NCBI GenBank assembly: GCA_035517615.1
Contig: DATIYM010000018.1
Location: forward strand, 45,822-109,821
Origin: Gemmatimonadales bacterium
GTDB lineage: Bacteria; Gemmatimonadota; Gemmatimonadetes; Gemmatimonadales; GWC2-71-9
Length of the DNA stretch: 64,000 bases
Direction: 5' to 3'
The notes beneath the pieces are model-generated. The model did not search any database. It was not told the origin of the DNA and worked only from the letters and a program-made list of their open reading frames with translations. This document shows, one piece after another, positions 46,303 to 55,052 of this stretch. The position numbers and the translations under genes were made by a program. Position 1 is the stretch's first letter, and each line of letters begins with the position of its first letter.

Positions 46303-47452
46303 GCTGCACCCCCGCACGGCCCAAGGTCAGCGCCGCGGCTTTCGCCTGCTGAACTTCTTCGACGCGAGCCGCCTCCGCGGGGCCATGCGGCGTGAGCCGT
46401 TCCCAATGCTCCCATTGTTCGACGGCTTCACCGAAGCGGCCGATCGCCGCGAGCGCGTGCCCCAGCAGGCGGTGCGCCGCCGCGAGCCGTGGGTCGAGCC
46501 GCACCCCCTGCCGCAGCGCCGTCACGGCCTCCGCCGGCCGTCCCGCCGCGAGCTGGACGCGGCCCAGCAGCAGGTGAATCGCCGCATTCTCGGGGTGCGC
46601 AGCGGCCGCCTGCTCGGCGGCCGCCCGCGCCTCCTGGTGGTCATGGCGTGCCAGCGCCGCCTCGGTGCCCGCCAAGAGCTCCGCGAGCTCGGCGGCCGAC
46701 CCGCCTCCCGGGCGCTCGCGCGCCGCCGCCCCGGGATCGATGAGCAGAATCACGCCGGCGCTCTCGAGTCCGAACAGCGTCTTCGCGACGTCGAAATCCG
46801 AGCGGCCGAGCTGCCGCGCGATGGTGCGCACGTCACGCGTCGAGTCGATCATCGCCAGGACTTCCCATTCCGCCGGAAGCAGATCGAGCGCCGGGCTGGT
46901 GCCCGACGACAGCGCCGCCAGATGCGGCACGACGCCGACGTGCGGAACGCGCTTCTCGATCCGCGACCATTCGTCGATGCGGCGCGCGCCCTCCATGAGG
47001 AGCGCCTCGGTTCGAATCCGCACCACGGCGCGCATCGCCACGTCCGGCCCCGGCTCTTCGCTGAACGAGAAGAACCCCTCGTTCCAGCTCATGACTTCGA
47101 ACACGACTTCCTCGATCTGAAAGCGCACCTGGCGCTCCACGTCGCGCGGCGTGACCGCGCCCATCTCCACGAGGATTTCGCCCAGTCGGCGCGCGTCGCC
47201 TTTCGTCTGCAGCTCGCGCGCGCGCTCGAGGTCCGATTCGGTGATCTTGCCGGTGCGGACGAGCAGTGTGCCGATCTGGTGCGGGTTGCTCCGCATCTCG
47301 GCGAACACCACCGCGCCTTCGTCGAAGTAGATCTTGCCGTCGTTCAACCGCAGATCCGACGTGACGCGCAGCACGCCCGTCTTCCGGCTCAGGTCGAGCA
47401 GCTGGAAGACGTCGTGAATCCCGAGCTCGCGTAGCGGTCCTTCGATCGGCAT
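46295..47452 (-). CDS. DUF4388/PATAN-domain protein with tandem MshEN-like motifs and C-terminal TPRs (paralog of 40444..42060)
   Basis: 385 aa. GPLRELGIHDVFQLLDLSRKTGVLRV...GKIYFDEGAVVFA, then QIGTLLVRTGKITESDLERARELQ-TKGDAR-RLGEILVEMGAVTPRDVERQVRFQ, then Ala-rich TPRs. Confidence 0.7.
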   Translation of the reverse strand: MPIEGPLRELGIHDVFQLLDLSRKTGVLRVTSDLRLNDGKIYFDEGAVVFAEMRSNPHQIGTLLVRTGKITESDLERARELQTKGDARRLGEILVEMGAVTPRDVERQVRFQIEEVVFEVMSWNEGFFSFSEEPGPDVAMRAVVRIRTEALLMEGARRIDEWSRIEKRVPHVGVVPHLAALSSGTSPALDLLPAEWEVLAMIDSTRDVRTIARQLGRSDFDVAKTLFGLESAGVILLIDPGAAARERPGGGSAAELAELLAGTEAALARHDHQEARAAAEQAAAAHPENAAIHLLLGRVQLAAGRPAEAVTALRQGVRLDPRLAAAHRLLGHALAAIGRFGEAVEQWEHWERLTPHGPAEAARVEEVQQAKAAALTLGRAGVQHG

Positions 47453-47455
47453 GCG

Positions 47456-50146
47456 TCAGGCCGCTTCCGAGGTGAAGATGTGCGCCAGGTCGAGCGCGGT
47501 ACGCGCGTGCGCCCGGGCACGCTGCGCGTAGGGGCCGCTGGGATCGAGCCGCGTCACTTTCTCCCACGCCTCGACGGCCTCCGCGTAGCGATGCGCCAGC
47601 GCGAGGGCGACGCCCAGCTGGAACCACGCCTCGACGTGCTCGGCGTCGAACTTGAGCACGCGGCGGAACGCCTCGCGCGCCGCCTCGGCCCGCTTGTCGT
47701 CCAACAGCGCCCGACCCAGCAGCAGCAGCGCCTTCAAATCGTACGGGTCGTCCTCGAGCATGCTCGCGAGGCGCGCGATTGCCTCCCGCAGCCGCCCGAT
47801 GCGGCGCAACAGATCGGCGCGGGCGAGCGCCGCCTCGTAAAATGTCGGCAGGACGTCCAGCGCCCGATCGTACGACCGCTCGGCCTCGCCCCAGTCCTCG
47901 CGCTGCTCGTGCAGCCGGCCCAGCTCGAGCCACACCTGCCCGTATCCCGGATCGAGCTCGAGCGCGGCGCGATAGGCGGCGAGCGCGCCCGTCCGATCTC
48001 CCACCTTCGCGGCGACATCGCCTTGCAGCTTGCGGAGGTCGGCGCGCTGGGGCGCGCGGGTCTGCGCCCGTCCCAGCACCGTGAGCGCGCCGGCGGCATC
48101 GCCACCCGCGGCCCGGCCCTTGGCGACCACGACCAGCGCCTCCACGTCGTCCGGCGTGCGCTCGAGCAGCTGCTCCGCGAGCCCCCGCGCTTCTTCGTCG
48201 CGTCCCAGGCTGAACAGCGCTTTCACCTCGCCGAGCAACGCGTCGCTGCGCGCGCCGTTTGTCGACCGCGCTTCGCGATAGCGCTCGAGCGCCTCGCCGT
48301 GCAGCCCGCGCCGCGCGAAGATCTCGCCCAGGAGCACCGAGGCATCGACGGGATCAGCGCCGCGCTGCACGGCGCGCACGGCCTCGGCGGCCGCGAGATC
48401 CATCAATCCCTTGCTCACGTAGTCGCGCGCGAGCTCGAGCGGGTCGTCCGCGCTCCGCGGGGGCTCAGGCCCGGCCGGCGCAGGCTCGAGCTCCTGGAAG
48501 ATGTTGTCCAGGAGTCGCTGATCGAACGAGAAGTCCTCGCCCAGGGCTTCGGTCTGCACGTCGGCCGAGATTTCGGGAGCGATGCCGATGGTCGTCTTCT
48601 CGAACTGCAAATCGATGCTCAACGCGAACTTCTGCGAGACGTAATACGGATCGATCTCGAGTGCGCGCTTCGTCGCGCGCAACGCGCCCTCGAAGTCGCC
48701 GAGATTCGAGAGCGTGAAGCTCAGGTTGTAGTGCGCGCCCGCGTGCGCCGGGTCGGCTTCCACCGCGCGCACGAAGGCGTTGCGCGCGTCGGTGAACCGC
48801 TTCATCTCGACGAGCACGAGCCCGACGCCATTCCACGCCGGCGCCGATCCCGGCTGATCGGCGAGCATCTGCCGGTACGCTTCGAGCGACAGCTGAAAGC
48901 GCCGCAGCTGGTACAGGAGCAGGGCGAGATTGAGCCGCGCCGCGGCGAATCCGCGCTCGAGCTGCAGCGCTTTGCGAAATGCCTCGATCGCCTGTTCGGT
49001 ATCCGATTGGTGCGTGAGCACCACGCCCAGGTTGTTCCATGCGAGCGCGTAGCGCGCATCGATGTCCACGGCCTGGCGATAGGAGGTGAGCGCGTCGGCC
49101 ATGCGGCCGGCCTGGTGCAGCACGACGCCGTGTTCGTTCCACAGCTTGGGGGAATCGGGAATCTCGCGCAGCAGGGTTTCGTACAGTTCGAGCGCGGCCC
49201 CGAGATCGCGCTTCAGCAGATGCACCTCGGCCATCGCCTGCAGCGTGAGCCGCCGATCCTCGCCGCGGTCCAGCGCGAGGCGATATTCGCGCAGCGCCTC
49301 GTTGTAATAGCCCTTCTGCCGGAACGCGAGCCCGAGGTTGTAGTGCGCCAGCTCCTTGCTCTCGGCCAGCCCCGGCTCCGGAGCGTTCTGCTGGCGCAGC
49401 GCGTCGCTCTTACGCTCGGCGTTGTAGCGCTCGAGCGAGAGATTGGTCTGCGCGCGGGCCAGCGGCGGGTTGAGCTCGATGGCGCGCTTCGATGCCACGC
49501 GCGCGTCCTGGTGCCGCCCCAGGTCGCCCAGGACGAACGCCATCAGGTAGTGCACGTTCGCGTTGTCGGGATTGAGACTCACGGCGCGCTCGAGCGCCGC
49601 GAGTGCGTCGCCGTTCAGCCCGCGGGCGTAATAGACCTCTGCGAGATAGAAATGCACCACGCTCGACTCGGGATCGAGCTCGCAGGCGCGCTGAAACCAG
49701 TCGGTGGCCACATCCATCCGCCCGCGGTTCTTCTCGGCCAGCCCGAGCTGAATGATGGCGGCGACGTCGTCGGGCCGGCGTGCGAGCAGCTCCTCGAACT
49801 CTCCCGCCGCGTCCTCGTGCTGCCCGAGAATCGCGTACGCGCGCCCGAGCTCCCAGCGTGCGTCGCGGTCGTCCGGTGAATGGCGCAGCCGCTCGCCCAG
49901 CTCAGCCACGCGGCGGTCGTAGAACCCCGTGTCATTATGGGCGATCTCGAGGTTGCGCTGAGCGACCTGCATTTTGGGATCGAGCTCGAGCGCGCGCGTG
50001 AATTCCGCGATGGCTTCCGGAACGAGCCCCTTGCGGTAATAGAGGACCCCGAGGTTGTTATGCGCCCCGGCGTCCGACGGATCGATCCGGCGGGCAAACG
50101 ATCGGAGGGCGGCGAGGTCGCGTTCGGAGAGCGCCGGCGCCGTCAT
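47456..50146 (-). CDS. large TPR-repeat protein (896 aa)
   Basis: TPR consensus (W..LG..Y...G....A...Y..AL.LDP) recurs end to end, roughly 20 repeats by eye. No signal peptide or TM segment noticed. Confidence 0.75.
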   Translation of the reverse strand: MTAPALSERDLAALRSFARRIDPSDAGAHNNLGVLYYRKGLVPEAIAEFTRALELDPKMQVAQRNLEIAHNDTGFYDRRVAELGERLRHSPDDRDARWELGRAYAILGQHEDAAGEFEELLARRPDDVAAIIQLGLAEKNRGRMDVATDWFQRACELDPESSVVHFYLAEVYYARGLNGDALAALERAVSLNPDNANVHYLMAFVLGDLGRHQDARVASKRAIELNPPLARAQTNLSLERYNAERKSDALRQQNAPEPGLAESKELAHYNLGLAFRQKGYYNEALREYRLALDRGEDRRLTLQAMAEVHLLKRDLGAALELYETLLREIPDSPKLWNEHGVVLHQAGRMADALTSYRQAVDIDARYALAWNNLGVVLTHQSDTEQAIEAFRKALQLERGFAAARLNLALLLYQLRRFQLSLEAYRQMLADQPGSAPAWNGVGLVLVEMKRFTDARNAFVRAVEADPAHAGAHYNLSFTLSNLGDFEGALRATKRALEIDPYYVSQKFALSIDLQFEKTTIGIAPEISADVQTEALGEDFSFDQRLLDNIFQELEPAPAGPEPPRSADDPLELARDYVSKGLMDLAAAEAVRAVQRGADPVDASVLLGEIFARRGLHGEALERYREARSTNGARSDALLGEVKALFSLGRDEEARGLAEQLLERTPDDVEALVVVAKGRAAGGDAAGALTVLGRAQTRAPQRADLRKLQGDVAAKVGDRTGALAAYRAALELDPGYGQVWLELGRLHEQREDWGEAERSYDRALDVLPTFYEAALARADLLRRIGRLREAIARLASMLEDDPYDLKALLLLGRALLDDKRAEAAREAFRRVLKFDAEHVEAWFQLGVALALAHRYAEAVEAWEKVTRLDPSGPYAQRARAHARTALDLAHIFTSEAA

Positions 50147-50150
50147 GGGA

Positions 50151-50771
50151 TCAGGTCACGCGAATGGCGTCGAAGATCGCCTTAAGAGACGCGAGATCCG
50201 GCAGGAGCAGGAAGTGGCCCCGCAGCCCCTCACCGTTGTCGAACCGGAATTCCGTTTCGACGCAGAAAATGAAATCGCGCTCGTGACCGAAATTGAGATA
50301 GGCCGTCGTGAGGACCGCGCCCGCCACATCGATGACGAGACTCGGCACCGACGGCAGGAGCAGCATGCCCATGAACTCGGAGAGCGCGTTCATGTAGGCG
50401 CCCGCGAGAATATTCCCGGCTTCCTTGAGGCAGGATTGCTCGAGCGTCTCGTAGCTTGCGGTCTGGCCCTTCGGCCGGCGCAGCAGCATGTCGCACAGCC
50501 GCCGGCCGACCGCTTCCGGCAACACGAGCAGCGTTCTCCCGGTGAGATCGCCCAGCATGTGCATGAGCACCGCTGCCACTACCGCCTGCGAATCACCCAA
50601 CAGCTCGGGCACGTCCTCGAGCCGTGTGATGATGATGCGCGGAACCGTGATCATGATGCGCCGATCCGTCATCTGGGACAGCGCGGTCGCTGCGTGCCCC
50701 GCCCCGATGTTCGCCACCTCGCGCAGCGCATCGATCTGCAGCGCTTTCAATTCGCGGACGTCCTGCATCAC
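50151..50771 (-). CDS. cheC: CheY-P phosphatase CheC
   Basis: 206 aa. Both phosphatase motifs ([DS]xxxExxN) are present: DALREVAN and SCLKEAGN. Confidence 0.8.
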   Translation of the reverse strand: MMQDVRELKALQIDALREVANIGAGHAATALSQMTDRRIMITVPRIIITRLEDVPELLGDSQAVVAAVLMHMLGDLTGRTLLVLPEAVGRRLCDMLLRRPKGQTASYETLEQSCLKEAGNILAGAYMNALSEFMGMLLLPSVPSLVIDVAGAVLTTAYLNFGHERDFIFCVETEFRFDNGEGLRGHFLLLPDLASLKAIFDAIRVT

Positions 50772-50785
50772 GTAGGCCGCCCTTC

Positions 50786-52711
50786 CTAGACGAGGCCGCC
50801 GGCGTCGAGAATCAAGGCCGGCACGCCGTCGCCCATGATGGTCGCGCCACTGAAGAGGGGCAGCGTACCCCGGGGCGCATCGAATCCCTTCACCACGATC
50901 TCCTGTTGTCCCAGCATGCTGTCGACTACGAGCCCGGCGCGCCGCTCCCCCATTTCGAGCACGATGATCGGCCGTCGGGGCGGCACGTCGCCATCACCCA
51001 CGGCAAGCAGACGGCGCAGGTGCACGAGCGGCACCACGCGATCGCGCAGCACGATCGCCTCGCGCCCTTCGAGGGTCGTGGTCGGCGCGCTCCCGAGCTC
51101 GATCGTCTCCGAGACGTACGTCAACGGCAGCGCATACCGCTCGCGACCCACGCTCGCGATGAGCGCCCGCACGATGGCGAGCGTGACGGGAAGCCGCAGA
51201 ACGAACGTCGTTCCCCGCCCCTCATCCGAGCGCACTTCGACGCTGCCGCCGAGTGCACGCAGCCGCGTGACGGCGACGTCGATGCCCACGCCCCGGCCGG
51301 AAACGGCGGTGACCGACTCGGTCGTCGTGAACCCCGGCCGCGCGATGATCCGCAGCAGCTGGTCGTCGGTGAGGTTCTCGGCATGCGGGTCGACCAATCC
51401 CTCGCGTTTGGCACGCTCGAGCACCTTGCGGCGGGGAATGCCGCGGCCGTCATCCGAAATCGTGATGATCACGCTCGAGCGCTCGCGCACCGCCGCGAGC
51501 ACGATCTCGCCCTCGGGCTTCTTGCCGGCGCGCCGCCGCTCTTCCGGCGGCTCGATCCCGTGGTCCACCGCGTTGCGGAGCATGTGCACGAGCGGATCGC
51601 CCAGCTCGTCCAGGATCGTGCGGTCCAGCTCGATCTCTTTTCCCTCGACGCGGAACTGCACCTGCTTGCCGAGCTGGCGCGCACTGTCGCGCACCAGCCG
51701 GGGAAACCGGTCGAACACCTGCCACACGGGCGTGAGACGAGCCTGAATGATTTGATCCTGCAGATCACGCGAGAGGCGCGCGACGCCGAGGGCGATGTCG
51801 TCGATCGCCGGGTCGCGGCGCGCCACCGCCAGCTCGTTCAACCGTCCACGCACGATCACGAGCTCGCCGATCAGATCCATCAACGCGTCGAGGCGGCGCA
51901 GGTCGACCCGCAGATGCCGCGCGCGTCCCGCCTCGCTCCCCGGCGCCGCCGTCTGAGATTCGGGTCGCGGCGCCGCGGGCTCGTCCGCGGCCACGTCGAC
52001 GGATTCCACGTCGCCCGCCCGTTCGATTGCCTGCACGACGTCCGCGATGGACGCGGGCGTTTCGAGACGGAAGGCAAAGTGCCCGTCGAAATCTTCGGAT
52101 TCGAACGTTTCGGTCGGCGGTGAGACGGCCCGCACCGTACCGAGCGCGCCCGCATAACGCAGCGCGATCAGCGCCCGGCCACCCTTGAGCGGCGCCGTTT
52201 CGCGCAGCGCGACGCGCACGAGACGCCCGGCGGGCTTGAGGGTCCGCGCTGGTTCTGGTACGCGCGGACTCGGGTCCGCATCTGGCGTGCCGCTTCCCGC
52301 TTCGCGCTTCCCCTTCTCCTCTCCCCCTTTCCCCTTTCCCGACGCGAGGGCGAGGTCGCGCAGCACGGCATCGAGGTCCGCGTCTCGCTCGCGACCGGCA
52401 ACCGCGAGCCCGATGCTCGATTCGAGCGCATCGACCGCGCGGAACAGGAGCTGGAGCACTTCGGGACTGACGGGGGCGGCGCTGCTGCGAATCCCATCCA
52501 GCAGGCTTTCCGCCGTATGCGCGAGCTCGGCCACACGCGCGTATCCCATCGTGGCCGCCATGCCTTTGACCGTATGCATCGCGCGGAAGATGCCGCTCAC
52601 CGGGTCACGCGCCGACGGATCACGCTCGAGCGCGAGCAGCAGCTCGTTGCAGGCGCTCACATGCTCCCGGCTCTCCGCCAGGAACAGGTCCGCGTACTGC
52701 GAAAGATCCAT
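50786..52711 (-). CDS. cheA: chemotaxis histidine kinase CheA
   Basis: 641 aa. HPt FRAMHTVKGMAATMGY, dimerisation domain, HATPase motifs (HMLRNAVDHGIE, DDGRGI, GRGVGIDV) and a C-terminal CheW-like P5. The linker after P1 is encoded by a heptamer array. Confidence 0.9.
   Translation of the reverse strand: MDLSQYADLFLAESREHVSACNELLLALERDPSARDPVSGIFRAMHTVKGMAATMGYARVAELAHTAESLLDGIRSSAAPVSPEVLQLLFRAVDALESSIGLAVAGRERDADLDAVLRDLALASGKGKGGEEKGKREAGSGTPDADPSPRVPEPARTLKPAGRLVRVALRETAPLKGGRALIALRYAGALGTVRAVSPPTETFESEDFDGHFAFRLETPASIADVVQAIERAGDVESVDVAADEPAAPRPESQTAAPGSEAGRARHLRVDLRRLDALMDLIGELVIVRGRLNELAVARRDPAIDDIALGVARLSRDLQDQIIQARLTPVWQVFDRFPRLVRDSARQLGKQVQFRVEGKEIELDRTILDELGDPLVHMLRNAVDHGIEPPEERRRAGKKPEGEIVLAAVRERSSVIITISDDGRGIPRRKVLERAKREGLVDPHAENLTDDQLLRIIARPGFTTTESVTAVSGRGVGIDVAVTRLRALGGSVEVRSDEGRGTTFVLRLPVTLAIVRALIASVGRERYALPLTYVSETIELGSAPTTTLEGREAIVLRDRVVPLVHLRRLLAVGDGDVPPRRPIIVLEMGERRAGLVVDSMLGQQEIVVKGFDAPRGTLPLFSGATIMGDGVPALILDAGGLV
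52285..52340 (-). repeat. heptamer array on the cheA sense strand (GGGAAAG GGGAAAG GGGGAGA GGAGAAG GGGAAGC GCGAAGC GGGAAGC GGCACGC)
   Basis: Read directly. It encodes SGKGKGGEEKGKREAGSGT in the P1-P2 linker of CheA. Confidence 0.8.
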
Positions 52712-52712
52712 G

Positions 52713-53075
52713 TTAGCCGAGCACTCGCTGCACCGCTTCGAGCACCCGTGAAGGTTGGAACGGCTTGACGACGAAGTCCTTGGCGCCGGCCTGAATCGCC
52801 TCGACGACGAGCGCCTGCTGGCCCATGGCGCTGCACATCAGAATCTTGGCGTCGGGATCCTGGCGGACGATTTCGCGCACCGCGTCGATGCCGCCCATAT
52901 CCGGCATGACAATATCCATGGTGACCAGATCGGGTCGGAGCTGGCGGTATTTCTCCACCGCCTGCGCGCCCGTCTCCGCTTCACCAACCACCTCGAACCC
53001 GGCCTGAGCCAGGATATCGCTGATCATCGTCCGCATGAAGATCGCGTCATCGCAGACGAGGACAGTGTGATTCAC
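52713..53075 (-). CDS. cheY: chemotaxis response regulator CheY
   Basis: 120 aa single REC domain. VLVCDDAIFMR, LVTMDIVMPDMGG, conserved Lys in KDFVVKPF. Confidence 0.9.
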   Translation of the reverse strand: MNHTVLVCDDAIFMRTMISDILAQAGFEVVGEAETGAQAVEKYRQLRPDLVTMDIVMPDMGGIDAVREIVRQDPDAKILMCSAMGQQALVVEAIQAGAKDFVVKPFQPSRVLEAVQRVLG

Positions 53076-53084
53076 ACACCCTCC

Positions 53085-53540
53085 CTAGGATGCGAAAACA
53101 GGACCGAGAAGCGCGTCGGTGTCGAGGACGATGAAGAGTCGTCCATCGCGCCGGCCGACCGCCTGGACGAGGGTGGGATCGACCCCGGGCAGAGCCTGCC
53201 GAGGCTCGAGGGCATCTCCACCCACCGCGAGAAGGTCGACCACTTCATCCACCGTGAAACCCACGAGGCGGCGGGCGGGCGCGACGCCGAGCTCGAACAA
53301 CATGGTCGTCGCGGCATCCGTGGATCCGGCGGCGGCCGGCTGGCCCAGGGCCCGCCAACCATCTATCACCGTGATCAGGTTGCCCCGGACATTGACTAGC
53401 CCCCGCACCACCTCCGGTGCACCCGGAATTCGTGTTGCTGGGAACTGCGGCAGGATCTCTCGGACCAGGTCGGCGGGTGCCGCGCAGGCCAACTCGCCCA
53501 CCCGGAAAACGAGCAATCGGACCACCCCGCCGTCACTCAT
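53085..53540 (-). CDS. CheW-like coupling protein
   Basis: Trimmed to ATG 53540, an 8-nt overlap with the rluD stop. LLVFRVGELACAAPADLVREI...GLVNVRGNLITVIDG...VGFTVDEVVDL. Confidence 0.75.
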   Translation of the reverse strand: MSDGGVVRLLVFRVGELACAAPADLVREILPQFPATRIPGAPEVVRGLVNVRGNLITVIDGWRALGQPAAAGSTDAATTMLFELGVAPARRLVGFTVDEVVDLLAVGGDALEPRQALPGVDPTLVQAVGRRDGRLFIVLDTDALLGPVFAS

Positions 53541-54540
53541 CCGATGCGAAGAAGCCAAAATATGACAATGGGTTGGGCTGAGCAAGCAATGTGTCGTCTT
53601 CGGCCGCTCTGGCCAGCGCTTCACGCAAATCGGCAGGCCATTCTGACCGCAATGTGACCCGTACACCGGTCACCGGATGGTCGAACGTGAGCACCGCGGC
53701 GTGTAGGGCCTGGCGGGGCGTTGCGGCTTCGATGCGCTCGGCTTCCCCCCGCAAGGACCCTGTCACCCGGCGGCTCCCACCGAACGCGTACTCCCGATCA
53801 CCCACCACCGGATGCCCCACGTGGGCCAGGTGCACCCGAATCTGGTGGGTCCGGCCCGTCTCGAGCTCGAGGCGGAGCAGATCGACATGAGCAAACCGGG
53901 CGAGCACGGCCGCATGCGTGACGGCGTGACGGCCTCCCGCCAGTACCGTCATGCGTTGACGGTTCGTGGGATGGCGCGTGATCGGCGCTTCGATGCGCAC
54001 CGGACTCCTGGCCAGGTGCCCCCAGGACAGCGCGGCATAGCCGCGTTTCACCTTGCGATACTCGATCGCCCGAGCCAGACGACGATGCGCCCGGTCGGTT
54101 TTCGCAATCAGCAGGAGGCCGGACGTGTCCCGGTCGAGGCGATGCACGATGCCCGGCCGGCCGGCTTCGCTTCCCTCGGACAGCGGCGTGCCCCTCCCTA
54201 CGAGCACGTTGACGAGCGAATCGTTCCAATGACCCGGACCCGGGTGCACCACCAATCCGGCGGGTTTATCGATGACGAGCAGGTGCTCGTCCTCGTATGC
54301 GACGGTGAGATTTCGCTCGGCGGGCTGATAGACGCGGGGAGCGGCTTCGGGCGGGAAGTTGACCGAGACGACGGTGCCGCGCGCGAGACGAGCAGACGCC
54401 CGGAGCGGGCGTCCATCACTTTCGACCCGTTTGTCGGCAATGAGACGCGCGGCCGCGGTTCGGGACAGCGCGAGTTGTTCGGCGAGAAAGCGATCCAGGC
54501 GATCGGACTCGGGTACCGCCACACAAAAGGTGACGGTCAC
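53533..54540 (-). CDS. rluD: 23S rRNA pseudouridine synthase, RluD family
   Basis: 335 aa. S4 domain (RLDRFLAE), HRLDRDTSGLLLIAK, and C-terminal GRTHQIRVHLA. Confidence 0.85.
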   Translation of the reverse strand: MTVTFCVAVPESDRLDRFLAEQLALSRTAAARLIADKRVESDGRPLRASARLARGTVVSVNFPPEAAPRVYQPAERNLTVAYEDEHLLVIDKPAGLVVHPGPGHWNDSLVNVLVGRGTPLSEGSEAGRPGIVHRLDRDTSGLLLIAKTDRAHRRLARAIEYRKVKRGYAALSWGHLARSPVRIEAPITRHPTNRQRMTVLAGGRHAVTHAAVLARFAHVDLLRLELETGRTHQIRVHLAHVGHPVVGDREYAFGGSRRVTGSLRGEAERIEAATPRQALHAAVLTFDHPVTGVRVTLRSEWPADLREALARAAEDDTLLAQPNPLSYFGFFASDE

Positions 54541-55052
54541 GGCTCCGTTGCCTGAGCCTCCTCGTGCCGCTCGTGGGTGCGGCCTTCGAGCCAGAGCGAG
54601 ACGGCGAGTGTGATCGCCCCGACCGTGATCGCGGAGTCAGCCACATTGAAAGTGGGCCAGCGCATCACCCCGACGCCAACATCGACGAAATCCACCACGC
54701 CGAGCGAGCTGCGCAGGCGGTCCAGCACGTTGCCCACCGCGCCCGCCGAAACGAGTGCCAGGGCGATGAGGCGCACGCGGTCGCCCGGTCGCGTCCCGCG
54801 CACCATCGAGCCGAGCACGAACAGGGCCGCAATAGCGAGCCCGAAGAAAATCCAGCGCGAGTACAGGCCCAGACACAGGCCGAACGCGGCGCACTGGTTG
54901 TAGACCAGCCGCAGCTGGACGTAATCGCCCAGTACGGAGACGGGCAGGTGCCGGGCCAGCAGGGCCTCCGCGAGCATCTTCGTGACGAGGTCCAGGACCA
55001 CAACGGCGCCCGCGGTCATCCAGAACAGCCGCCGATCAGCGCCGCTGGTCAT
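54537..55052 (-). CDS. lspA: lipoprotein signal peptidase II
   Basis: 171 aa with four TM segments. VLDLVTK, LVYNQCAAFG, GAVGNVLDR, FNVADSAI. Confidence 0.85.
   Translation of the reverse strand: MTSGADRRLFWMTAGAVVVLDLVTKMLAEALLARHLPVSVLGDYVQLRLVYNQCAAFGLCLGLYSRWIFFGLAIAALFVLGSMVRGTRPGDRVRLIALALVSAGAVGNVLDRLRSSLGVVDFVDVGVGVMRWPTFNVADSAITVGAITLAVSLWLEGRTHERHEEAQATEP

Noticed and set aside
47480-49879. A 799-aa plus-strand ORF.
   Set aside because: It lies antisense to the 896-aa TPR gene, whose repeats are unmistakable. The ORF has no motifs and an Arg-rich composition.
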